The notes beneath the pieces were generated by a model. The model was not told where the DNA came from. It saw nothing but the letters and a program-made list of their open reading frames with translations, and did no database searches. The translations under genes and the position numbers were made by a program. Source: an uncultured Verrucomicrobiae bacterium (GTDB lineage Bacteria; Verrucomicrobiota; Verrucomicrobiia; Limisphaerales; Palsa-1400). From it: a DNA stretch of 64,000 nt. Positions 21,121 through 30,932 of this stretch are shown piece by piece (position 1 is the stretch's first letter; every line of letters starts with the position of its first letter). The DNA lies in assembly GCA_963702845.1 (NCBI GenBank), contig OY969763.1, positions 4,672,001 through 4,736,000 of the forward strand, read 5' to 3'.

Positions 21121-22227
21121 TTAATTCTGTTTATGCGCCGCACCGGTCCCGCCCGACTGTTTCGGGTTCGGCCGGCTCACCACCCGCAAGCGCTCGCGCA
21201 ACATATCCGCGCGCAGCAAATCCCGTTCTTCTGCGGCCAGCTTTTCCGTAAATTGCTTCTGCAAATGCGCGGGCTGCGTAATTATAAACAGCTCGTCAAT
21301 CAGGGCGCGACTTGCGCTCGGAAATTCATCCAGGTCAACCCCGAGCTTCATCAACGATAGCAAATTCATCGTTTCTTTCGATGAGATGCTGTGAGCGTTC
21401 GCCAAAATTCCGTAAGCACGACCGATATGATTGAAAACCATCTTCGGCTTTTTCTCGAGTAGCGTGGCGCGCGCGTTTTCCTCGTGCTCGATGATTTGGA
21501 GAAGAACCTTGTTCAATCGTTCGACAATGTCCGTCTCCTGCTCGCCTAAAGTCATCTGGTTCGAAACCTGAAAGACGTTCCCGAGCGCTTCAGTACCCTC
21601 ACCGTAAAGTCCTCGGACCGCAAGGCCCAGCTTGTTAACGGACTGGATGATCTGATTGATTTGCTCCGCCAGAACGAGACCCGGCAGGTGCAACATCGCG
21701 CTGACGCGAATACCAGTACCTATATTAGTAGGGCACGCCGTCAGGTAACCGAGATCATTGCTGAAAGCGTAATCCAGTTTCTTCTCCAATTCCGAGTCCA
21801 TCTGGTCGATGGCCATCCAGGCTTGCTTCAGTTGCAACCCCGGCCGCAACGCCTGCATGCGCAAATGATCTTCTTCGTTGATCATCACACACAGCGATTC
21901 TTCTTTGTTCAGCACCAAACCACTGCCGGCGTTCTTGGCCGCATGCTCGCGGCTGATGAGATGGCGCTCCACCAAAATCTGCTTATCGAGCGGCCCCAGA
22001 TTTTCCATCGTCTCGGAAAACGCACCACTAAGCTGCGGCAACGTTTCCACGGCAGGACGAATAACTTCCAATGATTTTACGCGCTCGTTCTTTTTCGCCC
22101 AACCGGGGAAGGCCAGCCCATTAACATTGCGCGCCAGGCGAACGCGCGACGACATGACGATGCGGTCGTGCGGACCGGACCGTCTGGCACTCTCGGCTGG
22201 TGGACTGAGAAATTCGTGAATAGTCAT
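21121..22227 (-). CDS. mcsB: Protein arginine kinase McsB
   Basis: SSRVRLARN, LVERHLIS, INEEDHLRMQ, GYLTACPTNIGTG, VRGLYGEG, QVSNQMTLG; lies between mcsA and clpC. Confidence 0.95.
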   Translation of the reverse strand: MTIHEFLSPPAESARRSGPHDRIVMSSRVRLARNVNGLAFPGWAKKNERVKSLEVIRPAVETLPQLSGAFSETMENLGPLDKQILVERHLISREHAAKNAGSGLVLNKEESLCVMINEEDHLRMQALRPGLQLKQAWMAIDQMDSELEKKLDYAFSNDLGYLTACPTNIGTGIRVSAMLHLPGLVLAEQINQIIQSVNKLGLAVRGLYGEGTEALGNVFQVSNQMTLGEQETDIVERLNKVLLQIIEHEENARATLLEKKPKMVFNHIGRAYGILANAHSISSKETMNLLSLMKLGVDLDEFPSASRALIDELFIITQPAHLQKQFTEKLAAEERDLLRADMLRERLRVVSRPNPKQSGGTGAAHKQN

Positions 22228-22302
22228 GATTCGATTGCGAATTTCGGATTGCGAATTGCGAATTCAAAACAATTCGAAATCCGCAATTTGCGATCCGCAA
22301 TA
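22228..22302. repeat. Heptamer-based (GATTGCG / ATCCGCA) inverted repeat element
   Basis: GATTGCGAATTTCGGATTGCGAATTGCGAATT...AATTCGAAATCCGCAATTTGCGATCCGCAAT fills the mcsA-mcsB spacer and can fold into a hairpin. Confidence 0.75.
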
Positions 22303-22303
22303 G

Positions 22304-22813
22304 TTACGTCGTTGCCATTTGCCCCAACTGCTCTTTCGTCGATTTAATCTCGTCGCGCAGATTGGCGGCTTGCTCGAAATCTTCAGACACAACAGCCTTT
22401 TCGAGCTTCTTTTGCAAAAATTTGAGGCGCTCGGTCAAATCGCGCGTCTGCTTTAAAGCATGCGGGACCTTGCCAAGATGCTTGGTCCCCTTGTGCATCG
22501 ATTTGAGCAAACCTTCCAGCCCTTCTGCAAATGTATCGTAGCACTTGGCGCAGCCCAAGCGGCCGGCTTTTTTGAAATCTGCCTGGGTAAAGCCGCAGGC
22601 GGTGCACTTTATCTCTTCGCCGCCGCTGGATTTCTCCATTTCCGACGAAGCGCCTAATCCTAGGAGCAAATCAGCGAGGGAAAATCCGGCCGGATCGTTA
22701 ACACCCTTGCTCTTCGCGCATTCTTCGCACAGATCGACCTTCTGCATCTTGTCCCCAACAATCTGGGTCAGATGCACTTTGGCGTCGTTCTGTTTGCAAA
22801 TCATGCACAGCAT
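22304..22813 (-). CDS. mcsA: McsA, activator of protein arginine kinase (4 CxxC plus UVR domain)
   Basis: CMIC, CEEC, CTAC, GRLGCAKCY, HLGKVP, EDFEQAANLRD. Confidence 0.93.
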   Translation of the reverse strand: MLCMICKQNDAKVHLTQIVGDKMQKVDLCEECAKSKGVNDPAGFSLADLLLGLGASSEMEKSSGGEEIKCTACGFTQADFKKAGRLGCAKCYDTFAEGLEGLLKSMHKGTKHLGKVPHALKQTRDLTERLKFLQKKLEKAVVSEDFEQAANLRDEIKSTKEQLGQMATT

Positions 22814-22817
22814 AAGC

Positions 22818-23690
22818 TTATGGGTATATCGGTTCTCCGGTCTCGTTCGTCAAGGAGCGGTACTGCTCGATCAGGTTGATGGTCACTGGGCCCGGCTTAC
22901 CGGATTTGATGACGCGCCCATCAATCTTTACCACGGGAACGATTTCAGCGCCAGTGCCGGTGATGAAACACTCGTCGGAATTAAACAAATCGTAGCGTGT
23001 CAGATTGGGTTCGCTCACTTCCATTTCATTATCGCGCGCCAAATCCATGACGGTGCCACGGGTGATACCGTAAAGGGCACCGGCCGATAGCGGCGGAGTC
23101 ATGAGTTGGTTACCTTTCACGATAAAAATGTTATCGGCAGTGCACTCAGCAACGTATCCCTCTGAATTTAACATGATCGCTTCTTCGACTCCACCGTTGA
23201 TGGCTTCGATTTTGGCCAGGACGTTGTTGAGGTAATTCAGGGATTTGATGGCCGGATTCAACGCGCTGTGCAGGTTGCGGACGGTCGGGACGGTGATGAT
23301 GTCCAGGCCCTTTTTATATAGCGCTGGTGGGTAAAGCTGGATTTTGTCAGCGATGATGATGACCGATGGCTTGGCGCATCGGAACGGGCTCAGGCCCAGT
23401 GAGCCGACGCCGCGGGAGACGACGAGGCGGATGTAGCCGTCGCGAATCTTGTTTTTGCGGCACGCATCGACGGTCGCATCCATGAACTGCTTATGCGTCA
23501 TTGGCAGTTTTAGCATGATCGCCTGGGCAGAATAGAAGAGGCGATCGATGTGCTCAGAGAGTTTAAAAACTCGTCCGTTGTAGGCCCGAATTCCTTCGAA
23601 CACACCATCACCGTACAGAAATCCATGGTCGAACACTGACACCTTCGCGTCGCGTTCCGCAAAATACTTGCCGTCGATAAAAATTTTCAT
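22818..23690 (-). CDS. ilvE: Branched-chain amino acid aminotransferase (PLP fold IV)
   Basis: Start at MKIFIDGKY (23690); SVFDHGFLYGDGVFEGIRAY, IKSLNYLNN, EGYVAECTADNIF, GITRG, TGTGAEIVPV. Confidence 0.93.
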   Translation of the reverse strand: MKIFIDGKYFAERDAKVSVFDHGFLYGDGVFEGIRAYNGRVFKLSEHIDRLFYSAQAIMLKLPMTHKQFMDATVDACRKNKIRDGYIRLVVSRGVGSLGLSPFRCAKPSVIIIADKIQLYPPALYKKGLDIITVPTVRNLHSALNPAIKSLNYLNNVLAKIEAINGGVEEAIMLNSEGYVAECTADNIFIVKGNQLMTPPLSAGALYGITRGTVMDLARDNEMEVSEPNLTRYDLFNSDECFITGTGAEIVPVVKIDGRVIKSGKPGPVTINLIEQYRSLTNETGEPIYP

Positions 23691-24176
23691 GTGACTAGCC
23701 GAATGGAGTTTAACGCAGCCATTCGTGCGTGCAATGAGAATTGGGATTTGCGCGCGAAATTTACTTAGGCAGCCAGGTTCGTCAATCGCCTCGATCCCAT
23801 GGTCGCAATCGTCACGTCCGTGTTCGTGTGGTTTCTTATTGGTAGGGATGCGTTCCACCGCGTCCCAACTTGTCGTTAGGAAACGACAAACAAAAAGCGC
23901 GCGACGTCTCACTGCTGAGCACGTGGCACGATGACACCTCAAGCACGTGGCCAGCAACAACAACGCAAGGGCGCCAAGCCGAAGATCGCCATCGCCTGCC
24001 AACTCATTCGCAAATCCATGCGCATCGCGCGTGTCGAGGCGATTAAGGATTACAAATCGTTCAATCGCGCAAACATTCCCCAACGCAACGCCTAGCACTT
24101 GAAAGTTGGATTACGCGCGCGGCGCCTACTCAGCGCCGCGCGCAAAAGCAAATTCCTATCAGTAATCTCTGTCGCA

Positions 24177-25571
24177 TCAATTGACATTCTTTTGCTTGAG
24201 GCGGAGTTCCATTATCTTCTGCCGATTGCCCTCGGTCACGGGCGCGTGTTCGATGAGTTTCTTCTCGCCGGACTTGGGGTCGGCCAATTCGAGGCTGACA
24301 GCGCGATCGGCGGTCACGGGGTGCTTCATGTCGTTGAGCACGATGACGATGTCCTCGGCGATGCGTTTCTGCCAACGGTCTTTGTATTCATTTTTGCAGA
24401 AGCTGACTAAATCGTCCGTGCTGGCGGTGTTAATGGCCAAGAGTTGGTATTCGGCATTTTCATACGTGACGAAAACGTTGTCGCCGTCAAACCGTACGGC
24501 GGTGAACGGGGAGATTTGGAGGGAAGGTCGGCCTAATGGATTTGGGTTCGATTCGCGGAGTTGGTTTTGTTTGGCGCGAATTACGTTTTGTGTGGCGCGA
24601 AGGTCGTCTTGTGCAGCGCGGAGTTTGTCGTGCTGACTGCGCAGGGTATTGAGGCGATCCTCTAACTTTTGGCGTTGCTCGGGCGAAAGGCCCGGTTGCT
24701 GTTCCTGGACGCGGATTTGTTCTTCTTCAGACCGGATTTGTCGTTCTTCAGCCCGGACTTGTTGTTCCTGGGTGCGGATTTGTTGTTGCTGTTCGGCCAG
24801 CGTCAGCATTGTAGCGCCGACCAATAGTGAGCCTGCGCCGAAAGCGAGCATCGTTTTCGTTTTGATCCATGTCATAAGTTTTAACGTTCCTTTCACAAGG
24901 GTGGGTAGAGAAGCCGCAGTCGCCGCCCCTTTCACGACGGGGGCGGTAATGGAGCCGGCCAAGCCGATGGGAGCGGCATGTACCGAATGGGCAGAAATGG
25001 CGCCGGCAATCAACGCCGCGCTCGAAACTACGCCGCGGCGTGAGAAGTATTTCCGCAGTTTGTCGAGGGCGCGATTGACGCGCATTCTGGCGGAGTCCTC
25101 GCTACCGCCCAGGACTTTGCTGACATCGGCGAGATTTCGATCTTCAAAGTAGCGCAACAAAATGGCCTGGCGATCCTTCTCGCCAAGGTGTGCCAGCGCC
25201 TCATCGAGTCGCGGAGCAATTTGTTCCCAAAGTGGACTTGAGGCATTGGATTGAATCTCATTTTGCATCGAAGCCTCCTGCTCGTGATGACGTCGGCGCG
25301 CGGCGTCCCGCACCTGCGCCATCGCGGCGTATCGGGTGGTTTGAAAAAGCCAGCCGGCGAGAACGGGCCGGCCACTTAACTCCGCGGCCTTTTTGGCCAA
25401 AATGATGAAGACAGCCTGCGTCACCTCCTCGGCCAGATGAGGATTGCCCACTTGACGCAACGCTGCCGAGTAAACAAACCGCACGTGACGCGAAACGAGC
25501 GTTGCAAACGCGTCTTCGGACTTTTGCACCGCGTATTCGCGCAAGAGCGCGCTGTCGTCGGATGTTGACAT
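24177..25571 (-). CDS. ECF-type sigma-70 factor with fused C-terminal TM helix, coiled coil and extracytoplasmic domain
   Basis: AFATLVSRH...AEEVTQAVF...GWLF (region 2), LGEKDRQAILLRYF...ARMRVNRALDKLR (region 4), Ala-rich linker, hydrophobic segment, QEQQ(I/V)R heptads. Confidence 0.9.
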   Translation of the reverse strand: MSTSDDSALLREYAVQKSEDAFATLVSRHVRFVYSAALRQVGNPHLAEEVTQAVFIILAKKAAELSGRPVLAGWLFQTTRYAAMAQVRDAARRRHHEQEASMQNEIQSNASSPLWEQIAPRLDEALAHLGEKDRQAILLRYFEDRNLADVSKVLGGSEDSARMRVNRALDKLRKYFSRRGVVSSAALIAGAISAHSVHAAPIGLAGSITAPVVKGAATAASLPTLVKGTLKLMTWIKTKTMLAFGAGSLLVGATMLTLAEQQQQIRTQEQQVRAEERQIRSEEEQIRVQEQQPGLSPEQRQKLEDRLNTLRSQHDKLRAAQDDLRATQNVIRAKQNQLRESNPNPLGRPSLQISPFTAVRFDGDNVFVTYENAEYQLLAINTASTDDLVSFCKNEYKDRWQKRIAEDIVIVLNDMKHPVTADRAVSLELADPKSGEKKLIEHAPVTEGNRQKIMELRLKQKNVN

Positions 25572-25952
25572 TTCATCTATTAGTTACCTGCCAGAGAGCA
25601 AAGCGAACAATTTTTTGCGGTTAGTTTTTGTATGGCTCGCATGGGAATAAATGCTTTGCAAGGCCTCTCGGAGGAGAACGATCCGACCTCATTGACCGCG
25701 GCGAATTCGGCCGAATCTGGTCATCTACCTTTTGCGTGAAATCGGGAATTGCGGCTTAATGGCAGCGTAGCGAGTGGCAATAGTTGGGACTTGACCCCGT
25801 CCTCGCGCGGTCGGGACAGGCTCCAGCCGAGCCATCGCGGTTTGTTTCTATCGCCTATGCCATCGGCAGCGTCTTGTGGGAATCGTCTAAGTTTCGATAA
25901 AGACTAGTTACACCGACTCGGGATGTTTGTTTCCGGTGCGCCGCGACAACCC

Positions 25953-25975
25953 GCAGGCGAGGACGCCTGCGCTAC
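25953..25975 (-). repeat. REP-like element (GTAG plus hairpin)
   Basis: Minus strand GTAG-CGCAGGCG-TCCT-CGCCTGC; the GTAG contains the TAG stop of the upstream gene. Confidence 0.7.
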
Positions 25976-26919
25976 TTCGGGAGCCATTTGTTCCAGTTTT
26001 TGGCGAATTCGTCCAAGTTCGTTTTGGTGACTGGCACCAGCGGGCTGACGTCCTTCACAGTGGCCGGATCTTTGTGGAGGTGGATTTTGTTGATGAGGTG
26101 TTCGACGCTGCGGTAGCCCCATTCATAGCACTGTTGCGCCAGTAACAATTGCACGTGACCGCTCCGTAAATAGGCCAGTTCAGCCGGAAGGGCATCCACG
26201 GATACACATTTGATCGTGCCCGGTTCCCATTTCAACGCGTGATCGGTAAACAGCGGCCAACCGCCAATCATCGCCCAACCGGCGATTTCAGGATTCGATT
26301 GCATGACCTGCTCAACCTTGGCAGCGGCGTCCTGCGGAGTTTCTTTGTGGTAGTAAGTCGCTTTGATGGTGATGCCGGGATAGTTCTTGGCCGCTTTACG
26401 GACGCCGGCAACACGCTTTTGCAGGTTGGGCGCGGTCTGGTTTCCAGCGAGGATCGCCACAACACCTTTGCCGTCCATCAGCTTCGCCAATTCCTCCATC
26501 ACCTGCTCGCCGCATTTTTCGTCGTCGACCCCGAACGTCACAAAACGTTTGCTGGCCGGCGCATCTGAATCAAACGTCGCGACCGGCACTCCGTTGTTCA
26601 CGGCGTTATTGATGGCGTCGGTCAGCTTGTTGGCATCCGAGCAACTGACCGCGATGCCGTTGGCACCCGCGAGAACGAGTTGCTCAATCGCATCCGCCTG
26701 TTTCTGCGCGTCTTCTTCGTTCGGCGTGCGCCAATCGACTCTGATGTTGATGTTGTATTTCTTGCTGAGGTCTCGCGCCGCCTGTTCCGCGCCAACGCGG
26801 GCGGCCTGGAACACCGGGTTGCCCTGGGATTTTGCGACGAGTCCAATCGTATAGGATTTGTCGGCAGCAACAGCGCTCAAAGCCACGCCGAGCAGCGCGG
26901 AGACGAATAAAGCTTTCAT
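25972..26919 (-). CDS. Periplasmic sugar-binding protein (RbsB/LacI-type fold), orphan
   Basis: Signal peptide ...ALSAVAA|DK, NPVFQAARVGA, ATFDSD, LQKRVAG, SVDA, AQQCYEWGY; no permease or ATPase adjacent. Confidence 0.9.
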   Translation of the reverse strand: MKALFVSALLGVALSAVAADKSYTIGLVAKSQGNPVFQAARVGAEQAARDLSKKYNINIRVDWRTPNEEDAQKQADAIEQLVLAGANGIAVSCSDANKLTDAINNAVNNGVPVATFDSDAPASKRFVTFGVDDEKCGEQVMEELAKLMDGKGVVAILAGNQTAPNLQKRVAGVRKAAKNYPGITIKATYYHKETPQDAAAKVEQVMQSNPEIAGWAMIGGWPLFTDHALKWEPGTIKCVSVDALPAELAYLRSGHVQLLLAQQCYEWGYRSVEHLINKIHLHKDPATVKDVSPLVPVTKTNLDEFAKNWNKWLPK

Positions 26920-26992
26920 CACGTATGACTAACAACGGAATTGGTGTTGTGGAAGCGTGAAATGTTTGGACCGTGACCGCTGCTCAAGTTGC

Positions 26993-27016
26993 TGCGGACG
27001 TGGACGTCCGCACTCC
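26993..27016 (-). repeat. REP-like element (GGAG plus hairpin)
   Basis: Minus strand GGAG-TGCGGACG-TCCA-CGTCCGCA, perfect 8-bp stem. Confidence 0.65.
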
Positions 27017-27160
27017 GGAAGTGTGCCGACAAACGCACACGACGGATTTTGAACTGATTTCAATGAGGAACTGTCCCATCCGACGACCAATAAACAGGCA
27101 TTAGCCGTTGCTTTTGAAGTTCGGATTCGTAACCTGATAGTCGCCAAGAGCGGTTTCTGA

Positions 27161-28123
27161 ATGCGCCAATTTATCACCATAGCCATCAATGCGTTTATGG
27201 AGCTGGTTCGACAACCAGTTTTCCTGCTTTTGATGACTGTCTCCTCGACGTTCGAGGTGTTTCTGGCGTGCGTGAATTACTTCGGCTTCGGCGATGAACC
27301 GAAACTGATCAAAATCACCGCTCTCGCAGTCATGCTTTTGGCCGGGTTGTTCGGTGCAGTTCTAAGCGCCTCCGCTTCCGTCGCACGGGAAATTCGAAGC
27401 GGCACCGCCCTGGCCGTCTTGTCCAAACCAGTCGGTCGCGCCCGATTTCTCCTCGCCAAATACGTCGGACTCGCCGCCGCCCTGACCGTTCTGGTTTACG
27501 TGAACTGCATCGCCTGCCTACTGGCAACACGTATGTCGTTTGATGCTTACGGCGACATTGATTGGCCGGGGCTGTTCGTTTTCCTTGGGGCGGTCGTCGT
27601 CGCCTATGGCATTGGCGGGTTCAGCAATTATTTTTTGCGCCGGCCATTCGTGGCAGATGCCGTTTTTGCGGTGGCCATCATGGTCACGCTGGGCTTTGCG
27701 ATTCTTCACTTCATCCCGCGCGACGCCGCGCGCATGGGCGACAATTACACTGGCATCGATTGGCGCGTAATCCCCGCCTCCGGATTAATTCTGCTCGCGC
27801 TATTAATATTAGCGGCATTGGCGCTGGCTTGCTCGACGCGTTTTGAAGTTATTCCGACGTTGGCCATCTGTTCGGCCCTGTTCCTGCTAGGACTGGTATC
27901 GGATTATTTTTGGGGCACACGGGCCAGCGCAGGCTCGTGGTGGGCATCGGCGCTCTACAGCATCACGCCCAACTGGCAGTTGTTCTGGATGGCGGATGCC
28001 CTAGAACAAGGCAAAGCCATCCCATTAGAATACATCGGCAAAGCTCTTGGCTACGCCGCGGCTTACATCGGCGCGGTTTTATGTGTGGCGCTGGTGATGT
28101 TTGAAGATCGTGAACTGAACTAA
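27161..28123 (+). CDS. ABC-2-type permease-like integral membrane protein
   Basis: IAINAFMELVRQP, SVAREIRSGTALAVLSKPVGRARFLLAKY signature, ~8 TM segments, C-terminal FEDREL. Confidence 0.8.
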   Translation: MRQFITIAINAFMELVRQPVFLLLMTVSSTFEVFLACVNYFGFGDEPKLIKITALAVMLLAGLFGAVLSASASVAREIRSGTALAVLSKPVGRARFLLAKYVGLAAALTVLVYVNCIACLLATRMSFDAYGDIDWPGLFVFLGAVVVAYGIGGFSNYFLRRPFVADAVFAVAIMVTLGFAILHFIPRDAARMGDNYTGIDWRVIPASGLILLALLILAALALACSTRFEVIPTLAICSALFLLGLVSDYFWGTRASAGSWWASALYSITPNWQLFWMADALEQGKAIPLEYIGKALGYAAAYIGAVLCVALVMFEDRELN

Positions 28124-28124
28124 A

Positions 28125-30009
28125 ATGGACCAAAGCGAAAAGAAAATTGGGCTGCTGAACTGGATTGTCCTGCTCGTCACGAGCGCAGCCATGTTGTTCG
28201 TGAGCCGCTCGGTCAATTCCGCCGCAGGCGTGGTCGCAACGATCATCGCAGGCGTCGGGCTGCTCGTCGCGCTTGCTCAGCTATTTCCAAATGGGCCTCG
28301 CCGAACGCGAGCAATTGGAAAGACTGGAAATGGAAGAACTCGCCAAATCGCGCGGCGACTCTTCTCTATTCGCTTCCTCTGCCGATGAAACGTTCCCTGC
28401 AAAACGTTCTCGCGAAATCTTCGATAAATATTTCGTCCCCGGTTTTGCGCTGGTCGTTTTTCTATTCCTCAGTGCAGGCGCGTATTTTTCCTGGACGCTG
28501 GTCGGCACGATGCCCCCGCTGAATCGTGACGGTGCAATGTTGGCCATGGCGCTCGTTGGCCTGTTCGCGCTCGTGCTGTTTTTGCTCGGAAAATATTCCG
28601 TCGGCCTCGCGCGCTTACAAAAACAAAAGCTGTTACGTGCCGGCGCGGGTTATTTGTTGCTGACGGCCTATGTTTGCTTCGTAGTCGTCGCGACCATCGG
28701 GGCCGTTCTGGCCGGCTTTCCCAAAGCCGACTTCATCGTCGCACGCGCGCTGGCGGTTGTTCTCGGGTTGATCGCCTTGGAAACGTTGACCAGCCTTATC
28801 TCCGAAATTTACCGCGTCCGCGTCAGAGGCCGTGAAACGCATCTCCTTTATGACAGCCGTTTGGTCGGACTCCTCGGCCAACCCGAAGGAATCATCAATA
28901 CCATCGGCCACGCGTTGGATTATCAATTCGGCTTCAAAGTTTCCGACACCTGGTTCTATCACTTGATTCGCGAACGCTTTGCCTTGTTGGTCATCGCACA
29001 ATTTGCAGTGTTGGTTCTGTCCACCTGCGTCTCCTTTATCGAACCCGGTGAGCAAGCATTGCTGGAACGCTTCGGCGCGCCTGTTGCTGGCCGTGGCGTC
29101 ATCGGGCCGGGAGTCCACCTGAAATTACCATGGCCGATTGATCAGGTGCGTCGCTACCAGACAGATCGCATCCAAAGCTTTGTCGTCGGTGAACAGGAAG
29201 GTTCCGAACAAGAGAAGTATCAACGCGAATCGAAGACCATCGTCTGGAGTGTCGCGCACGGTAAAGAAGACGATCTGTTGGTCGCAACGCGCGATCGCTC
29301 CACTCAAACCGGCCAAAGCAGCGACAAGAAGAGCCCGCCCGTTAACCTGATTTCTGTGGGAATTCCGGTTCAATTCCAAATCACGAACCTCACGCAATGG
29401 GCTTACATTAACGAAGATCCAGACTCGTTGCTCCAAGGCATCGCCAATCGCGAAGTGGTTCATTACCTCGCCAGCGCTGACCTCGATGACTTAATGGCAA
29501 CAGGTCGCGCCGACGCCGCAAAGGTCTTGCAAAAACGCATTCAAGCCGCTGCCGATACCCGCGAACTCGGTGCCCTCATCACGTTTGTCGGCCTTGAAGA
29601 TATTCATCCGTCCGTGAAAGCCGCCGCCGATTACGAAAAAGTCATCGGCGCCGAGCAAAAGCGCAAAGCGAGAATTTTGGAAGCCCGCGCCTACGAAGTG
29701 AGAGCGCATGCGCTCGCCCGTGCGGATGCGTTCAAGCGTGTCGGCTCCGCTGATGCGGAAAAGGAACGCCTCACCAGGAACGGCACGGCTCGCGTCGCTT
29801 TGTTCAACGGCCAGTTGGCTGCGTTGACTGCCGCCCCTGACGTTTACACCAATCGCATGTATCTGGATGCGGTGACGCGCAGCGCAGGCGACGCGCGCAA
29901 ATACGTTTTGGCCACCACCAACACTACACAAGTTTTGCAGTTGGATTTGACGGATAAAATCCGTCGTGACCTGGAGAACGCTTTGGACGTTCCTCCCCCG
30001 AAAAAATAA
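28125..30009 (+). CDS. Multi-TM SPFH/band-7 (HflK-like) protein; frameshift near 28271 joins ORFs 28125.. and 28273..
   Basis: Several N-terminal TM helices, then IEPGEQALLERFG...GPGVHLKLPWPIDQV, GLEDIHP and a coiled-coil tail. Confidence 0.8.
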
Positions 30010-30011
30010 GT

Positions 30012-30932
30012 ATGAAACGGAACCTAAACTTCATCATTGGCGCGTTGCTGATCATCGTGTTCGGCTCGCTGCTCTTTGTATTTCAAGTGCGCAAGTCCGA
30101 GGTGGCTGTCGTCACGCACTTCGGCAAATATGATCGCGAACTCGGGCCGGGCGCGCATTTTCGCTGGCCGTGGCCGATCGAGAACGTCTACAAGCTCGAC
30201 CAGCGCATTCAAAACTTCGAAGGCAAGTTCGAGGAAACCAAATTGCCCGACCAAAACATTCTGCTCATCTCAACTTATGTCGGCTGGCGCATTGAAAAGC
30301 CGGAGCTGTTCTTCCCGAAATTCGGCAGCGGCTCAATTGTCGAAGCGGAGAGGACCCTCAGCGCCCTTGTCGAGAGCGCTAAGAAAGAAGTCGCTGGCGA
30401 ACACGTGTTCGCAGACTTTATTTCTGCCGACGACAAGCAGATGAAGTTTACGCAAATCGAAACAGAAATTCTGGATCGTGTTCAGAAACGCGTGAAAGAG
30501 CACGACTACGGCATGGACGTTAAATTTGTTCAGATCAAGAAAATCGGCCTGCCGGAAAGCGTCACCACCGACGTGTTCGAACGCATGAAGTCCGAACGCA
30601 ATGTGCTCATCTCCAAGATTCAGTTCGAAGGTGAAGAAGCAGCCACCAAGATCAAGTCTGGCGCCGACACCTGGTCCGCGAAGACACTCGCCGAAGCTGA
30701 CGCAGCTGCGTTGCAGATCCGCGGCGAAGGCGAAGCTGAATCCGCCAAGTCGCTCTCGGTTCTCCAACAAAATCCCGCGCTGGCCAACTTCAACATGAAG
30801 CTCGCCGCGTTGCAGGACCTGTTGAAAGACCGCACCACCTTGATTCTCGACCAGAGCACGTCTCCGCTGGACCTGCTTCAGCCGTATACCATGCCGGCCA
30901 ATCAACCGGTCATGAAACAAAGCAAACGGTAA
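30012..30932 (+). CDS. SPFH protein, HflC-like
   Basis: Single TM, EVAVVTHFGK...GPGAHFRWPWPIENVYKLDQRI, IKKIGLPE..VFERMKSER, EGEEAATKI. Confidence 0.88.
   Translation: MKRNLNFIIGALLIIVFGSLLFVFQVRKSEVAVVTHFGKYDRELGPGAHFRWPWPIENVYKLDQRIQNFEGKFEETKLPDQNILLISTYVGWRIEKPELFFPKFGSGSIVEAERTLSALVESAKKEVAGEHVFADFISADDKQMKFTQIETEILDRVQKRVKEHDYGMDVKFVQIKKIGLPESVTTDVFERMKSERNVLISKIQFEGEEAATKIKSGADTWSAKTLAEADAAALQIRGEGEAESAKSLSVLQQNPALANFNMKLAALQDLLKDRTTLILDQSTSPLDLLQPYTMPANQPVMKQSKR

Noticed and set aside
23691..24098. 136-aa N-terminal extension of ilvE as a fusion
   Set aside because: Homology starts at MKIFIDG (23690); the upstream part has no recognisable features.
25572..25950. Intergenic region checked for tRNA, riboswitch or small gene
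   Set aside because: No cloverleaf, recognisable aptamer or convincing ORF seen by eye.
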